Shown here in pieces: positions 1 through 9,350 of a stretch of 64,000 bases of DNA. Source of the stretch: Thermoplasmatota archaeon (GTDB lineage Archaea > Thermoplasmatota > Penumbrarchaeia > Penumbrarchaeales > Penumbrarchaeaceae). Position 1 is the stretch's first letter. The number at the start of each line of letters is the position of its first letter. The stretch is taken from contig JAWOCK010000038.1 of the NCBI GenBank assembly GCA_046483845.1, positions 355-64,354 of the forward strand, given 5' to 3'. The notes under the pieces were generated by a model that saw only the letters and a program-made list of their open reading frames with translations, was not told the origin of the DNA and did not search any database. Position numbers and translations under genes: made by a program.

Positions 1-554
1 ATGGCGCCGGTGGGACAATATTTTTCGCAGGCCCGGCATTTGCCGCCGCCTTTTTTGCCCTGGTTCCCGCCCTTAACAAAAAAAATGCAGTTTTCTTTAT
101 CAATTGCGTATTTAAGCGGAACTGTCTGGCCATACTTAATGTAGGCGGCTTTTCTTTTGACAAGCCCTTCATTATATTCGTCAGGAACCTTTTTAGGACA
201 CTTTTCAGCGCAAAGGTTACAGGCGATGCACTTTTCCATGTCCACCACCCTGGGTTTCTGCCGAACACTAACCTGGAAATTTCCTTCACTGCCGCTGATG
301 TTTTCTATCTCAGCCAGAGTCATAAGCTCGATGTTCAAGTGCCGACCGCACTCAACCAACTTTGGCGAGATTATTCACATGGAGCAGTCATTTGTAGGAA
401 AAGTCTTGTCCAGCTGGGACATAACCCCGCCTATACCGGATGACTTCTCCACAAGATAAACATAATAGCCGGCGTCAGCCAAATCCAGAGCGGATTGAAT
501 GCCGGCGATACCGCCGCCGACAACCATAACTGCGCCTACTTTTTCTTGTGACAT
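1..554 (-). CDS. hdrA: Heterodisulfide reductase subunit A (HdrA), N-terminal part. The ORF runs off the window start and contains an in-frame TGA, probably selenocysteine, at 377..375.
   Basis: Minus-strand translation from ATG 554..552 gives [29 protein letters not shown] (FAD GxGxxG), then [21 protein letters not shown], then [12 protein letters not shown] and [14 protein letters not shown] ferredoxin-like motifs. The TGA is at the CSMC position where HdrA has Cys or Sec. A GGGGGT RBS lies 5 nt upstream of the ATG. The antisense ORF 157..459 is spurious. Confidence 0.85.
334..355 (-). other. Candidate bacterial-type SECIS hairpin downstream of the in-frame UGA.
   Basis: On the mRNA strand the segment UUGAGUGC-GGUCG-GCACUUGA forms an 8-bp stem including two G-U pairs. 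The apical loop contains GGUC. It begins about 20 nt 3' of the UGA at 377..375. Confidence 0.4.
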
Positions 555-1015
555 GTTGACCCCCTTTGCCAGATGGTAATAAATGGTTTGCTCGCTACAG
601 TCCTGACTCTCCTAGTCCAGGAACTGTATTGAGTACATTGGGTTAAATACGATCATAACCAAAAATAAACAAACTGTTACCCTGCATTGTTATTAATCTG
701 TCGAATAGCTCAAGTTTTAACAAATTGCTAGTATTTATATTTAAAAAATCAAAAAAAACGATAGCAATTTTTTAAAATTAATAGCATCAACGAATTTGAT
801 AGTGAATCAGGCAAGCTTGATTCGGGCTAAAAAAGCAGGAATCTGCTGACAGAAGAATTACAGGAACCCGGACTTGTCCAAATTACCTCTACACTCATAT
901 TGACTTGCTGCTGCAAGTTGTGTTTTAGAAAGACTTAATAGCCGCGCATCAGAACCGGCAACCAAGTCTGAAAAATGCCCGGACCGCAAACACGACAGAG
1001 TATACAAAATTAATC

Positions 1016-1783
1016 ATGAAAACAAAAAAAGAATCTCTAAACAAACTTCTGGTTCTTTTCCTGGCTGGGTTCATCCTTGCAGCCGGATTGAGCTGTACCA
1101 AAAAAATCTCCCCGCCCCCCAGGAAAGACAAATCAGAAACCAGCGCCACCGCACCCGTGCTCCCGGCCTCAGAACATCCAACCCAGAAAAAATATACAGT
1201 GCTGGGGCAGACATTTACTCCCCTGAGCACTCACGATGGCTACACCGAAGAAGGAATCGCCTCCTGGTATGGACCCAAATTTCATGGCCGGAAAACCTCC
1301 AACGGCGAAACTTTTAACATGTATGACCTGACTGCAGCTCACCGGACTTTACCCATGAACACCAAAGTAAAGGTAACCAACCTGGAAAACCAAAAGGTAG
1401 TGGAGCTTAGAATCAACGACCGCGGGCCATTCGCAAAAAACAGAATAATCGACCTTTCCTTTGCCGCTGCCAAAGCAATCGACATGATCGGACCAGGCAC
1501 GGTCAGGGTAAGGGTGGATGCTGTGGGCAGCCTGTCCAGGGCTGAAATGACTGGAAATTATTACGTACAGGTAGGCTCTTTTTCCTCAAGGAAAAGCGCG
1601 GAAAAACTTATGCAAGAAATGAAAAGCGCCGGCTACCAGAAGTCGAGACTCCAGGAATTCTCCAGAAGCAGTGAACGATTGTGGAGGGTGCAGGCCGGAA
1701 AATTTGACAACCTTTTGGCTGCTGAGGATGCCCGGCAAAAGCTTTTGGAAAAAATTCCCGGAGCTTTTATTATTGCAGATTAA
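1016..1783 (+). CDS. rlpA: Septal ring lytic transglycosylase RlpA family lipoprotein with a DPBB domain and a C-terminal SPOR domain.
   Basis: The signal and lipobox LAAGLSC are present. The DPBB core reads [60 protein letters not shown]. The C-terminal SPOR-like segment reads [26 protein letters not shown]. Confidence 0.85.
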   Translation: MKTKKESLNKLLVLFLAGFILAAGLSCTKKISPPPRKDKSETSATAPVLPASEHPTQKKYTVLGQTFTPLSTHDGYTEEGIASWYGPKFHGRKTSNGETFNMYDLTAAHRTLPMNTKVKVTNLENQKVVELRINDRGPFAKNRIIDLSFAAAKAIDMIGPGTVRVRVDAVGSLSRAEMTGNYYVQVGSFSSRKSAEKLMQEMKSAGYQKSRLQEFSRSSERLWRVQAGKFDNLLAAEDARQKLLEKIPGAFIIAD

Positions 1784-2060
1784 TCTCAGACCGAAGCTTT
1801 CTGGAAAGCCTGAACACCACAACTTTTCTTCCAGGCAGAGTTATTGATTCGCTGGTCTGGGGATTACGTCCCTTTCTTGGTTTTTTCTCGTAAGTCTCAA
1901 ACTTGCCGAATCCACTGATCAACAGGGCATGGTCTTTCTTAACAGCCTTTTTGATAAGTGAAAGCAAATGCTCTACCTGGACTTTGACTTCAGATCTTTT
2001 ACGATTACTGCTTTCATAAATCTTATCCACCAGATCCGCTTTGGTTAAAGTATTGGCCAT
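1770..2060 (-). CDS. HU/IHF family DNA-binding protein.
   Basis: The 96-aa product starts [18 protein letters not shown] and contains [45 protein letters not shown] lies 6 nt upstream. Confidence 0.85.
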   Translation of the reverse strand: MANTLTKADLVDKIYESSNRKRSEVKVQVEHLLSLIKKAVKKDHALLISGFGKFETYEKKPRKGRNPQTSESITLPGRKVVVFRLSRKLRSEINLQ

Positions 2061-2316
2061 TTTTCCTCCCTTTTATGATTAAAAAACTTCCCGCCGGTGC
2101 AGAGAACAAACCTATTGTACAATAACCGAAGAACTTACTCTCTTAACAGACTGTTGAAAATCTTCCAATCGGCTTTGTCGCTGCAAAAAGTTCAAACTCT
2201 TACGTATCCTGAATACGCCCCTGTGAAACGAAAAAAGGTTTCACCCAGTGAAACAGAAGAAGGTTTCACAAGGCAGGCGGGGTAAACTTTGATCTTGAAC
2301 TTTTTTTGTTTTTTAT

Positions 2317-2381
2317 CCGGCACCCACTTGAGTCGGCAGCAATAACTCATACCGATAAATATTCACTCAAGTGGGTGCCGG
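2317..2381. repeat. Perfect 17-bp inverted repeat (18 bp with the flanking T/A pair) separated by a 31-nt loop.
   Basis: CCGGCACCCACTTGAGT at 2317-2333 is the exact reverse complement of ACTCAAGTGGGTGCCGG at 2365-2381. A T-tract lies immediately 5' on the plus strand at 2301-2316. Confidence 0.8.
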
Positions 2382-2444
2382 ACTGACGCTTGGAATTTTT
2401 GAACAGTCTGCCGGGTAAGGACTTTTTTAACAGATTGTCAAAAT

Positions 2445-2864
2445 TCAGGAAAGTGAAATACCGGACTGAATATTCTTTGCGGTCTTCTGCATTTCACTAT
2501 TGTCTTCATATGAAATTTGAGGCCACAACTTAAGACCATCGCCCGTAAACCTTGGTATAAGATGATAATGGGCATGCATGACCAATTGACCGGCTGCCTC
2601 AAAATTATTCATGCCCAGGTTGAAGCCGTCAGCCTTAAGCCCCCTGATCAAACCTGTGCCTACTTTCTGAAGCGCCTTCTGAAGTGCTGGAGCAGTATCC
2701 GCAGGCAAATCCAGGATATTGACCACGTGTTTCTTTGGTATTATCAGGGTATGTCCTTTGGCAACAGGAGATATATCCAGAAAAGCAAGGATTTCTTCGG
2801 TTTCGTAGACCCTGGTGCACGGGACATCACCGCGGACAATCTGACAGAATATACAATCTTTCAT
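2445..2864 (-). CDS. HIT family (histidine triad) hydrolase.
   Basis: The product starts MKDCIFCQIVRGDVPCTRVYETEEILAFLDISP and carries the HAHYHLIPR triad. A GGAGG sequence lies 5-6 nt upstream of ATG 2864. The longer ORF to 2930 lacks an RBS. Confidence 0.85.
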   Translation of the reverse strand: MKDCIFCQIVRGDVPCTRVYETEEILAFLDISPVAKGHTLIIPKKHVVNILDLPADTAPALQKALQKVGTGLIRGLKADGFNLGMNNFEAAGQLVMHAHYHLIPRFTGDGLKLWPQISYEDNSEMQKTAKNIQSGISLS

Positions 2865-2947
2865 CTGTAACCTCCAGCCGGTTATATATACCTGTAAGCA
2901 TTCATTATCCAAACTTAATCTTTTTTGCAAGCCCTGGATTTATTTGT

Positions 2948-3994
2948 ATGAAAACTGCATTCCCCGGGATATTCCAGTTTAAACACCCTGAACCCTTCAG
3001 GTCCAAAAGCCCGGTCTGGCCTGTGTTTATCCCCTTTGCCGGCTGTCCATTCAGATGCGTTTACTGTTCGCAGTTTGTCCAGACCGGGCAGACAGTCAAA
3101 AGCCCGGAACAGACCGGCCGGGATATGACCACGGGCATTTCCGCCAGATATGACAAGACCGGGAAACCAGTTTCTCTGGGTTTTTTCGGGGGAACTTTCA
3201 CTGCCATCCATAACCGGGAAATGATTTTTTATCTGAAGAAAGCATGGCAGCTTAAAAAAGCTGGAGCTGTGGATCACCTTCGCTGCTCTACACGTCCAGA
3301 CTGTATTGATGAACAAAAACTGTCTATCCTTGCTGATTATGGCGTGGACATGATAGAGTTGGGAATTCAGAGTTTTGATCAGAATACCCTGAAATTATCC
3401 AACCGCAGGTATTCCTCCGGTCAGGCTGTACACGCCTGTCACCTGGTTAAAGACTCGGGGTTTGAGCTGGGCATTCAGCTTCTGCCGGGTCTGCCCGGTT
3501 CCGGAAACACAGTTTTCAAAAGGGACATAGCTTTGGTCCGAGGCATAGCTCCGCACATTGTTCGCATTTATCCCTGCCTGGTATTAAAAGAAACTCCTCT
3601 GGCTGAAAAAATGGCTCTTGGACTGTACAGGCCCTGGAACCTGGAGACAACTATTCAAATCACCTCCCAGGCCCTTCTTGATCTCTGGAAAAAGAATATA
3701 CCGGTCATCAGACTGGGGCTGACTCCAGAAAAGACGCTTTTAAAACACATCCTGGCCGGCCCGTGGCATCCGTCGCTGGGGTCTTTATGCAGATCCGCAG
3801 CATTTAAGACGTGGTTTCTATTTCAGCTGGCCGCAACCGGAGGCCGTGCCTGCCGGATTTTCATACCTGAAAGATATGCCAGCGATTTCTGGGGTTATAA
3901 ACAGATGAATCTAAAATCTCTGGCCGCAAAAGGTATTACCCATAAGATGGTCAAGCCCTGGAAAAAGGAATTTTTCAGGATTTATTTTTCCTGA
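2948..3994 (+). CDS. Radical SAM domain protein with a HemN/ELP3-like core.
   Basis: The CxxxCxxC motif is GCPFRCVYC in FIPFAGCPFRCVYCSQ. GFFGGTFTAI and ELGIQSFD elements follow. The start at 2948 is the first ATG before the motif, but no clear RBS is present. Confidence 0.7.
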   Translation: MKTAFPGIFQFKHPEPFRSKSPVWPVFIPFAGCPFRCVYCSQFVQTGQTVKSPEQTGRDMTTGISARYDKTGKPVSLGFFGGTFTAIHNREMIFYLKKAWQLKKAGAVDHLRCSTRPDCIDEQKLSILADYGVDMIELGIQSFDQNTLKLSNRRYSSGQAVHACHLVKDSGFELGIQLLPGLPGSGNTVFKRDIALVRGIAPHIVRIYPCLVLKETPLAEKMALGLYRPWNLETTIQITSQALLDLWKKNIPVIRLGLTPEKTLLKHILAGPWHPSLGSLCRSAAFKTWFLFQLAATGGRACRIFIPERYASDFWGYKQMNLKSLAAKGITHKMVKPWKKEFFRIYFS

Positions 3995-4235
3995 TTCAGC
4001 CCCAGCAGGCTGGATATTTTCTGTACAGCCGCCTGTATATATTCCTGCTCTGATAGTTTCTGTTTGTCCTGGGCGTTTAATATCTGCTGAGGCAGGTTTA
4101 CGTATTCCTTCCTGGGATGAATTTCATATTCAGCAGGAAAATTATCCGCAAAATACATCTCCTGAAATCCGCTGAATTTAAGCGCATGAGCCGTGGCATC
4201 GAGTATGGCTGTCTCATTTCGCTTTAAAAGAGGAA
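3982..4235 (-). pseudogene. Start-less C-terminal fragment of an unidentified bacterial gene, cut at the compositional junction.
   Basis: An open minus-strand frame encodes ...LLKRNETAILDATAHALKFSGFQEMYFADNFPAEYEIHPRKEYVNLPQQILNAQDKQKLSEQEYIQAAVQKISSLLGLNQEK with its stop at 3984..3982. No start codon occurs before the frame runs into high-GC archaeal sequence. Confidence 0.45.
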
Positions 4236-4241
4236 CTCCTG

Positions 4242-4814
4242 GTGGGAGGGCAGGGACTTGTCGATCCGGATATGTTCAGAGGTTTCGATCACGTTGCACT
4301 CGGACATCTCCACAGACCACAGGTGGCATCCGGGAGGAACAGGGCCGAATATTCGGGATCGCTGCTCCCCTATTCCTTCTCCGAGGCCGATCACTCAAAA
4401 TCATCCCTCCGATTGGTGCTCGAGAATGGGGAGATAGCGAGTGAGCCGGTACCGCATATCCCTAGAAGGGAGTTCTCGATCCTCAATGGCAGGATGAAGG
4501 ATCTGCTGGAGAATGAGAGGTATTCCGGCTTCAGGGACCACTATCTGTCAGTAATATTGACCGACAAAGGATTCCTGGTGGACATCCAGAAGCAGCTCAT
4601 GGAGAGGTTCCCACATGTACTAGAAATAGACCAGCCTTCACTCCATATCGAACCATCCGAGCACGGAAGCGTATCAAGAGAGGAAGCTGACGACCCATCC
4701 ACATTGTTCTCACTGTTCCTGGATAGGTTCCAATGGGATGAGAGGAGGGAACGGGCAATGGAGATATTCAACGAGATAAGGAGGGAACTTGAGAGGAAGG
4801 AGGTGAGATCCTGA
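4242..4814 (+). CDS. sbcD: SbcD/Mre11-family nuclease, C-terminal part only. The N-terminal metallophosphatase motifs I-IV are missing.
   Basis: FDHVALGHLHRPQ...YSGSLLPYSFSEADHSKSS matches SbcD motif V and downstream. The frame opens only at 4182 after a stop, so roughly 200 aa of the N-terminus are absent. The stop at 4812-4814 lies 17 nt before sbcC. Confidence 0.75.
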   Translation: MGGQGLVDPDMFRGFDHVALGHLHRPQVASGRNRAEYSGSLLPYSFSEADHSKSSLRLVLENGEIASEPVPHIPRREFSILNGRMKDLLENERYSGFRDHYLSVILTDKGFLVDIQKQLMERFPHVLEIDQPSLHIEPSEHGSVSREEADDPSTLFSLFLDRFQWDERRERAMEIFNEIRRELERKEVRS

Positions 4815-4831
4815 GACCGATTTCCCTCGAG

Positions 4832-7800
4832 ATGACCAATATCGGTCCTTTCGTTGACAGGACCACGGTGGACCTGTCGCGAATAGATGAGGACGGTCTC
4901 TTTCTGATCAGCGGACCCACCGGTTCAGGGAAGAGCTTCATCTTCGACACCATCTGCTACGCACTCTATGGAAGGACCCCCTCGGGCAGAGAAGGACATC
5001 TGTCCAGCGACCACGCGGGATTGGGAGACGTACCCAGGATCAGGTTCTCGTTCCGGCTTAAAAGCTCCGAATATCTGATAGAAAGGACCCTGGAGTACGA
5101 GGATCACGTCAAAAAGGGTGAAGGGACAACGACCAGGAACGAGAAGGCATCCCTGGTGATGAGAACAGACGAAGGAAGAAGAGAAGAATGCCTGGCCACC
5201 AAGAAGACAGATGTGAACAACAAGTGCGCGGAGATACTGGGACTTGATATGGAGCAGTTCTCCAGGGTGATGATGATACCACAGGGAGAATTCAGGGAGC
5301 TTCTGAGAGCCGAGACCAAGGACCGCGAGAAGCTTCTGAGAAGATTATTCGATTCCAGCCTCTTTTTCGATATATCCGATGAGCTCTCAAGAAGATACGG
5401 GAAACTCTCTGACGAATTGAAGGAAGGGAGGTCCAGGAACGAGACCAGGATCGAGACCATCGTGAACAAATTGGAATTGGATCGGGGACCGGGAGACGGA
5501 TCGACATTTGACGAATGGTCCAGAACCACCTTGGAAAGATCGATGGAGGAGATCTCCAAACTGAACGTGGAGGAAAAGAAGGCCGATAAGGAATGGAAAA
5601 GGATACGGAAGCATCTGGAGATCTGCAAAGAGGCATACAGCACGGAGCGGGCCTTGAGAACTGCCAGTGAAAAGCTGCGGGAATTGAAGAAAAGGGAAAC
5701 CGATGAGATACAACCGCTGAAGAACAGACTGGAACTGTCTGGAAGGGCAGGATACCTGAGGGAGGAACTGGGAAGACTTGATGAGATCATAAAGGCAAGG
5801 GATCGGTCCGTCAGGGAACTTGGACAAAAAGAAAAGGTGCTTAAAGAAAAGAGAAGTGAAATGGAATCCATCAGAAAGGAATACGATGAGATGGCACCCG
5901 GGAAGAAGGAAGAACTGGACTCTATAAAGGAATGCATCGGATCGTTGGATAGAGGTCGACCCAAGGTGGAGGAGATGGACAGAATCCGGTCCACGATGAG
6001 ACCTCTTGAAAAGGAGGTTGAAAAGAAGCATGAGGAAATGAAGACCATCTCCGAAAGAAGAAAAAGGATCGGGGATGAACTGAAAGAATTGATAAGGCAG
6101 GTCAAGGGCCTTCCCGTTCTGGAGAATATTGTAGAGATCACCATGGCACGGAAGGCCGGGGAGGACCTGATATCCATCCTGGAGAGGGAAGAGAGTATCC
6201 GGGAAAAGGTCAGGCATCTGGATTCTGAGGTATCGAAGAAGAAAGAAATGGTCAAGGAGAGAGAATTAGATCTGAAGAAGGTCAGGAAGGGAAGGGAGGA
6301 TTCCATGGCAGGGGAGCTGGCTTCCTCGCTTGAGAAGGGTGTGGAATGCCCGGTCTGCGGATCGCTCCGTCATCCTCGTCCCCGGGAGCCAACCAGTGAG
6401 GACATCTCACAGGAGATGGTGGCGGAGGCGGAAAGATCGCTGGAGAGGGCAGAAGGTGAACTATCGAGGTCGGAGAAGGAATTGACCCGACTCGGGACCA
6501 AGATGGACGAGCTCGGATCCAGGACCAGAGAGATCATTCATGAGAACAGGGAATTGGAACTGCCACTCCGGGATCTGCGCATCAAGGTGGAAGAATTGAG
6601 AACAAAGGAGAAAGATATTGGCTCCACCGAAAAAAGGAGACAGGAACTGGAAGAGAGGATCGAGGGATTGGAAAAAGAGGAGAGGAACCTTCGGGAAGAG
6701 GAGATCCGAACTAACGGGTACTTGAACAAGAAGGGAATGACCCTTGAAGGTCTGAAGACCAGGTTCGATGAAAGGGCTGCTGTTCTGGAGGAGTTGTCCC
6801 TGGACACCGATGATCCTCTGGGATCCCTGGAGGAAAGATCCAAAAAGCTGAAAAAGAGACAGAATGAGCTGTCCGAGTGGATAACGAGGATGGAAGGGGA
6901 AATGGTAAAGATAAAGGAAGTGAACGCAAAGGCCGAACAGGACCATTCCTCCTGCCTGGAGAGGCTGAAGACCTCGAAGGAAAGAGCGGAAAGTACGAAA
7001 AAAGGCATTCTCAGAAAGATCGAGGAAATGGAGGGAATAGATACGATAAAGGATCTCAGGAATGCCATCATGACCGAAGGTGAGGAGAGAAGGCTGAGGG
7101 ATATCATCCAACGGTTCCGGGAGGAACTTTCCGGTCTAAAGCGGAGTGTGGCTGACCACGGTGAGAAGCTGGAATCCTTCGAGATAGAGGTCCCGGACAG
7201 AGAATCACTGGAAAGGGTCCAGGAAGATGAAAGGAGAAGATCCGAGGAATGGAAAAGGGTCCATGGAGAGCTGGTCAACCTGGAGAGGGACCTCCAGTGG
7301 GTGAAGAGAGAGCTGAAGAGCATAAACGATTCCAGAAAGGAGATGGAAGCCAAGGAGGAAGAGATATCCGTAGTCGGAAAACTGGCAATGCAGGTCAAGG
7401 GGAACGCGGTTCCCAGGATATCCCTTGAACGTTTCTTTCTCGCCCAGAGGTTCGAGGAGGTACTTATCGCATCCAATCACAGGTTGAAGGTTCTTTCCGG
7501 GGGCAGGTTCCTGCTCAGGAGGTCCGGGATAAGGGGGAAAAGGTCAAAGGGCGGTCTGGATATCGACGTATACGACAATCATACAGGGCAGGAACGTCCT
7601 GCCCATACCCTCAGCGGGGGGCAGATGTTCCTCTCCTCCCTGGCTCTTGCCCTGGGACTGGCCGATGTGGTCCAGTCGAGGTCGGGAGGTATCCGGATGG
7701 ATGCCCTTTTCATCGACGAGGGTTTCGGTTCACTGGATGATGAAACACTGCAGACCGCACTCAAGGTCCTCTCCGAGCTCAGGAAGGGTCGAATGGTCGG

Positions 7801-7900
7801 GGTCATATCCCACGTGGGCGAGCTGAAGAGGCAGATCAAGTCTGGTTTCGAGGTGGTCCCATCGGCCACCGGTTCCCATCTGAGGTCCCTCCAGGGATAA
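4832..7900 (+). CDS. sbcC: SbcC/Rad50 family DNA double-strand break repair ATPase.
   Basis: The N-terminal Walker A is LFLISGPTGSGKSF. A long Glu/Lys/Arg-rich coiled coil follows, with a central CPVCGS zinc hook. The C-terminal signature LSGGQMFLSSLALAL, Walker B LFIDEGFGSLD and the H-loop ISHV are present. Long antisense Ser-rich ORFs across this region are codon-bias artefacts. Confidence 0.9.
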   Translation: MTNIGPFVDRTTVDLSRIDEDGLFLISGPTGSGKSFIFDTICYALYGRTPSGREGHLSSDHAGLGDVPRIRFSFRLKSSEYLIERTLEYEDHVKKGEGTTTRNEKASLVMRTDEGRREECLATKKTDVNNKCAEILGLDMEQFSRVMMIPQGEFRELLRAETKDREKLLRRLFDSSLFFDISDELSRRYGKLSDELKEGRSRNETRIETIVNKLELDRGPGDGSTFDEWSRTTLERSMEEISKLNVEEKKADKEWKRIRKHLEICKEAYSTERALRTASEKLRELKKRETDEIQPLKNRLELSGRAGYLREELGRLDEIIKARDRSVRELGQKEKVLKEKRSEMESIRKEYDEMAPGKKEELDSIKECIGSLDRGRPKVEEMDRIRSTMRPLEKEVEKKHEEMKTISERRKRIGDELKELIRQVKGLPVLENIVEITMARKAGEDLISILEREESIREKVRHLDSEVSKKKEMVKERELDLKKVRKGREDSMAGELASSLEKGVECPVCGSLRHPRPREPTSEDISQEMVAEAERSLERAEGELSRSEKELTRLGTKMDELGSRTREIIHENRELELPLRDLRIKVEELRTKEKDIGSTEKRRQELEERIEGLEKEERNLREEEIRTNGYLNKKGMTLEGLKTRFDERAAVLEELSLDTDDPLGSLEERSKKLKKRQNELSEWITRMEGEMVKIKEVNAKAEQDHSSCLERLKTSKERAESTKKGILRKIEEMEGIDTIKDLRNAIMTEGEERRLRDIIQRFREELSGLKRSVADHGEKLESFEIEVPDRESLERVQEDERRRSEEWKRVHGELVNLERDLQWVKRELKSINDSRKEMEAKEEEISVVGKLAMQVKGNAVPRISLERFFLAQRFEEVLIASNHRLKVLSGGRFLLRRSGIRGKRSKGGLDIDVYDNHTGQERPAHTLSGGQMFLSSLALALGLADVVQSRSGGIRMDALFIDEGFGSLDDETLQTALKVLSELRKGRMVGVISHVGELKRQIKSGFEVVPSATGSHLRSLQG

Positions 7901-7907
7901 TGATTTA

Positions 7908-9350
7908 TCACTTACCTTCCCGAGATGTCGATATATCGTACCTTCTCATCAAGGACCTGATATGATATGTGACCCAGAGATAACCCAGAGCGGCCCCAAG
8001 CGCATTCCCGGTCAGTATTCCCGCCCAGACACCGATCAGACCCCAGTCCAGGACGATCCCGAAGAAATAGGCAAAGGTCAGGGCGAATACCAATGTCCTG
8101 AAGATGGTAACAAGCAGCGAATTGAACCCTTTTCCGATGGCCTGGAAGACAGCGCCGGACAGCATTCCGAAGGCTGCGGTGAAGGACATGAGAGAGAACA
8201 TCCTGAGGAAGATGGTGAGATCATGCCTGAGATGCTGAGAATCCGGCGACCATGTGAATATCAGAACGATAAAGCCTGCGAAGATAAAGATCAGGACGGA
8301 CATGCCTATCTCCATCAGTAGACCGTATCTTATCGCATGGTAAAGGGCCAATTTGAGCTTCCTGAAGGACCTTGATCCGTATGCCGCACCGGCGACAGGC
8401 ACCAAAGCCGTTGAGATCCCCATCAGGGGCAGTATGGAGATCATCACGATCCTCCATCCGGTGGAGAAAACCGCCACTCCGTCTGTCCCGCCCACCGTCA
8501 CGACTATGACATTCAGGAACATCATGTTGAATGACATTGACATCTGCTGCAAAGAGGCGGGAAAACCAACCCTCATTATGTCCTTGAATATCAGCCAACG
8601 GAACCTGAACCTCCGCAGCCTGATGGTGACGAAGGTGTTCTTGCGCAGAAAGAGCCAGTAGAACAGGAGCATACCCGTGATCGAGAAAGAGAGCATTGTG
8701 GCCCAGGCGGCTCCTGCGATGCCCAGACCGAACACATAGATGAACAGAGGGTCCAGGAAGATATTGAGAATGGAACCCAGGACCATGGCATACATCGCCC
8801 TCTTCGTATCTCCCTCCGACCTGAGTATGGCGTTTGCGTTATTGGCGAAAAAGATGACCAGTGAGAACATGATGATGATCCGACCGTAGGATAGTGCCAG
8901 GTGCTTGACCTCACCTGCCCCGACAAGGTCGAATACCTCCGGAAGGAGCAGGTAGGTGGGTATCGTAAAGGCGGTGGCGATCAACAACATCAGTACTATC
9001 ACATGACCTGCGACGTTGTCTGCACCTTTCTTGTCCCTTGCACCGATCCTTCGGGAAATTGCTGCACCGCCTCCGATCCCGAGACCGTTGGCGAGGGCCA
9101 TGATCAGAAAGAAGAAGGGAAAGAAGAAACCAACGGCTGAGAGATGATCGGCACCAAGGCCCGACACCCATATCGCGTCCGCCAGATTGTAGATGGTCTG
9201 TACGGACATCGCGATCACCATGGGTATGGAGAGCTTGAATATGGCCTTCTTCGGGTTCCCCAACAGGGTGTCCACACCCTTGGTGGTCTGACCCAATCCG
9301 GCCCCTGGACCTGGAATCGACGAGAAGTTAATCCCCCCCTTCCGCTCCAC
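7908..9350 (-). CDS. MATE family efflux transporter.
   Basis: About 12 predicted TM helices. The product shows MATE-like N- and C-lobes, including MVIAMSVQTIYNLADAIWVSGLGADHLSAVG. It overlaps the upstream marR by 23 nt, suggesting an operon. Confidence 0.8.
   Translation of the reverse strand: MERKGGINFSSIPGPGAGLGQTTKGVDTLLGNPKKAIFKLSIPMVIAMSVQTIYNLADAIWVSGLGADHLSAVGFFFPFFFLIMALANGLGIGGGAAISRRIGARDKKGADNVAGHVIVLMLLIATAFTIPTYLLLPEVFDLVGAGEVKHLALSYGRIIIMFSLVIFFANNANAILRSEGDTKRAMYAMVLGSILNIFLDPLFIYVFGLGIAGAAWATMLSFSITGMLLFYWLFLRKNTFVTIRLRRFRFRWLIFKDIMRVGFPASLQQMSMSFNMMFLNVIVVTVGGTDGVAVFSTGWRIVMISILPLMGISTALVPVAGAAYGSRSFRKLKLALYHAIRYGLLMEIGMSVLIFIFAGFIVLIFTWSPDSQHLRHDLTIFLRMFSLMSFTAAFGMLSGAVFQAIGKGFNSLLVTIFRTLVFALTFAYFFGIVLDWGLIGVWAGILTGNALGAALGYLWVTYHIRSLMRRYDISTSREGK

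Noticed and set aside
157-459. 100-aa plus-strand ORF at the window start
   Set aside because: It is antisense to the hdrA coding sequence, which shows unmistakable conserved motifs.
2097-2285. 62-aa ORF between the HU and HIT genes
   Set aside because: It has no RBS and a low-complexity Arg/Leu-rich product. It lies in a promoter-like AT-rich spacer.
4193-4444. 83-aa ORF and the other alternative-frame ORFs overlapping the sbcD fragment
   Set aside because: The SbcD frame carries the conserved GHxH region. The others are out-of-frame artefacts.
4790-4831. Possible upstream extension of sbcC to overlap sbcD
   Set aside because: The in-frame region 4793-4831 contains no ATG, GTG or TTG, and a TGA sits at 4790-4792. 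ATG 4832 is therefore kept. The RBS-like AAGGAGGTGA at 4797-4806 is 26 nt away and more likely belongs to nothing or reflects CTG or ATC initiation.
5104-7476. Long minus-strand ORFs (400 aa and 312 aa, Ser/Leu/Phe-rich) antisense to sbcC
   Set aside because: They lie entirely inside the SbcC coiled-coil coding region. Their Ser/Leu richness is the mirror image of the GAA/GAG/AAG codon bias on the sense strand. They have no start context or domain.
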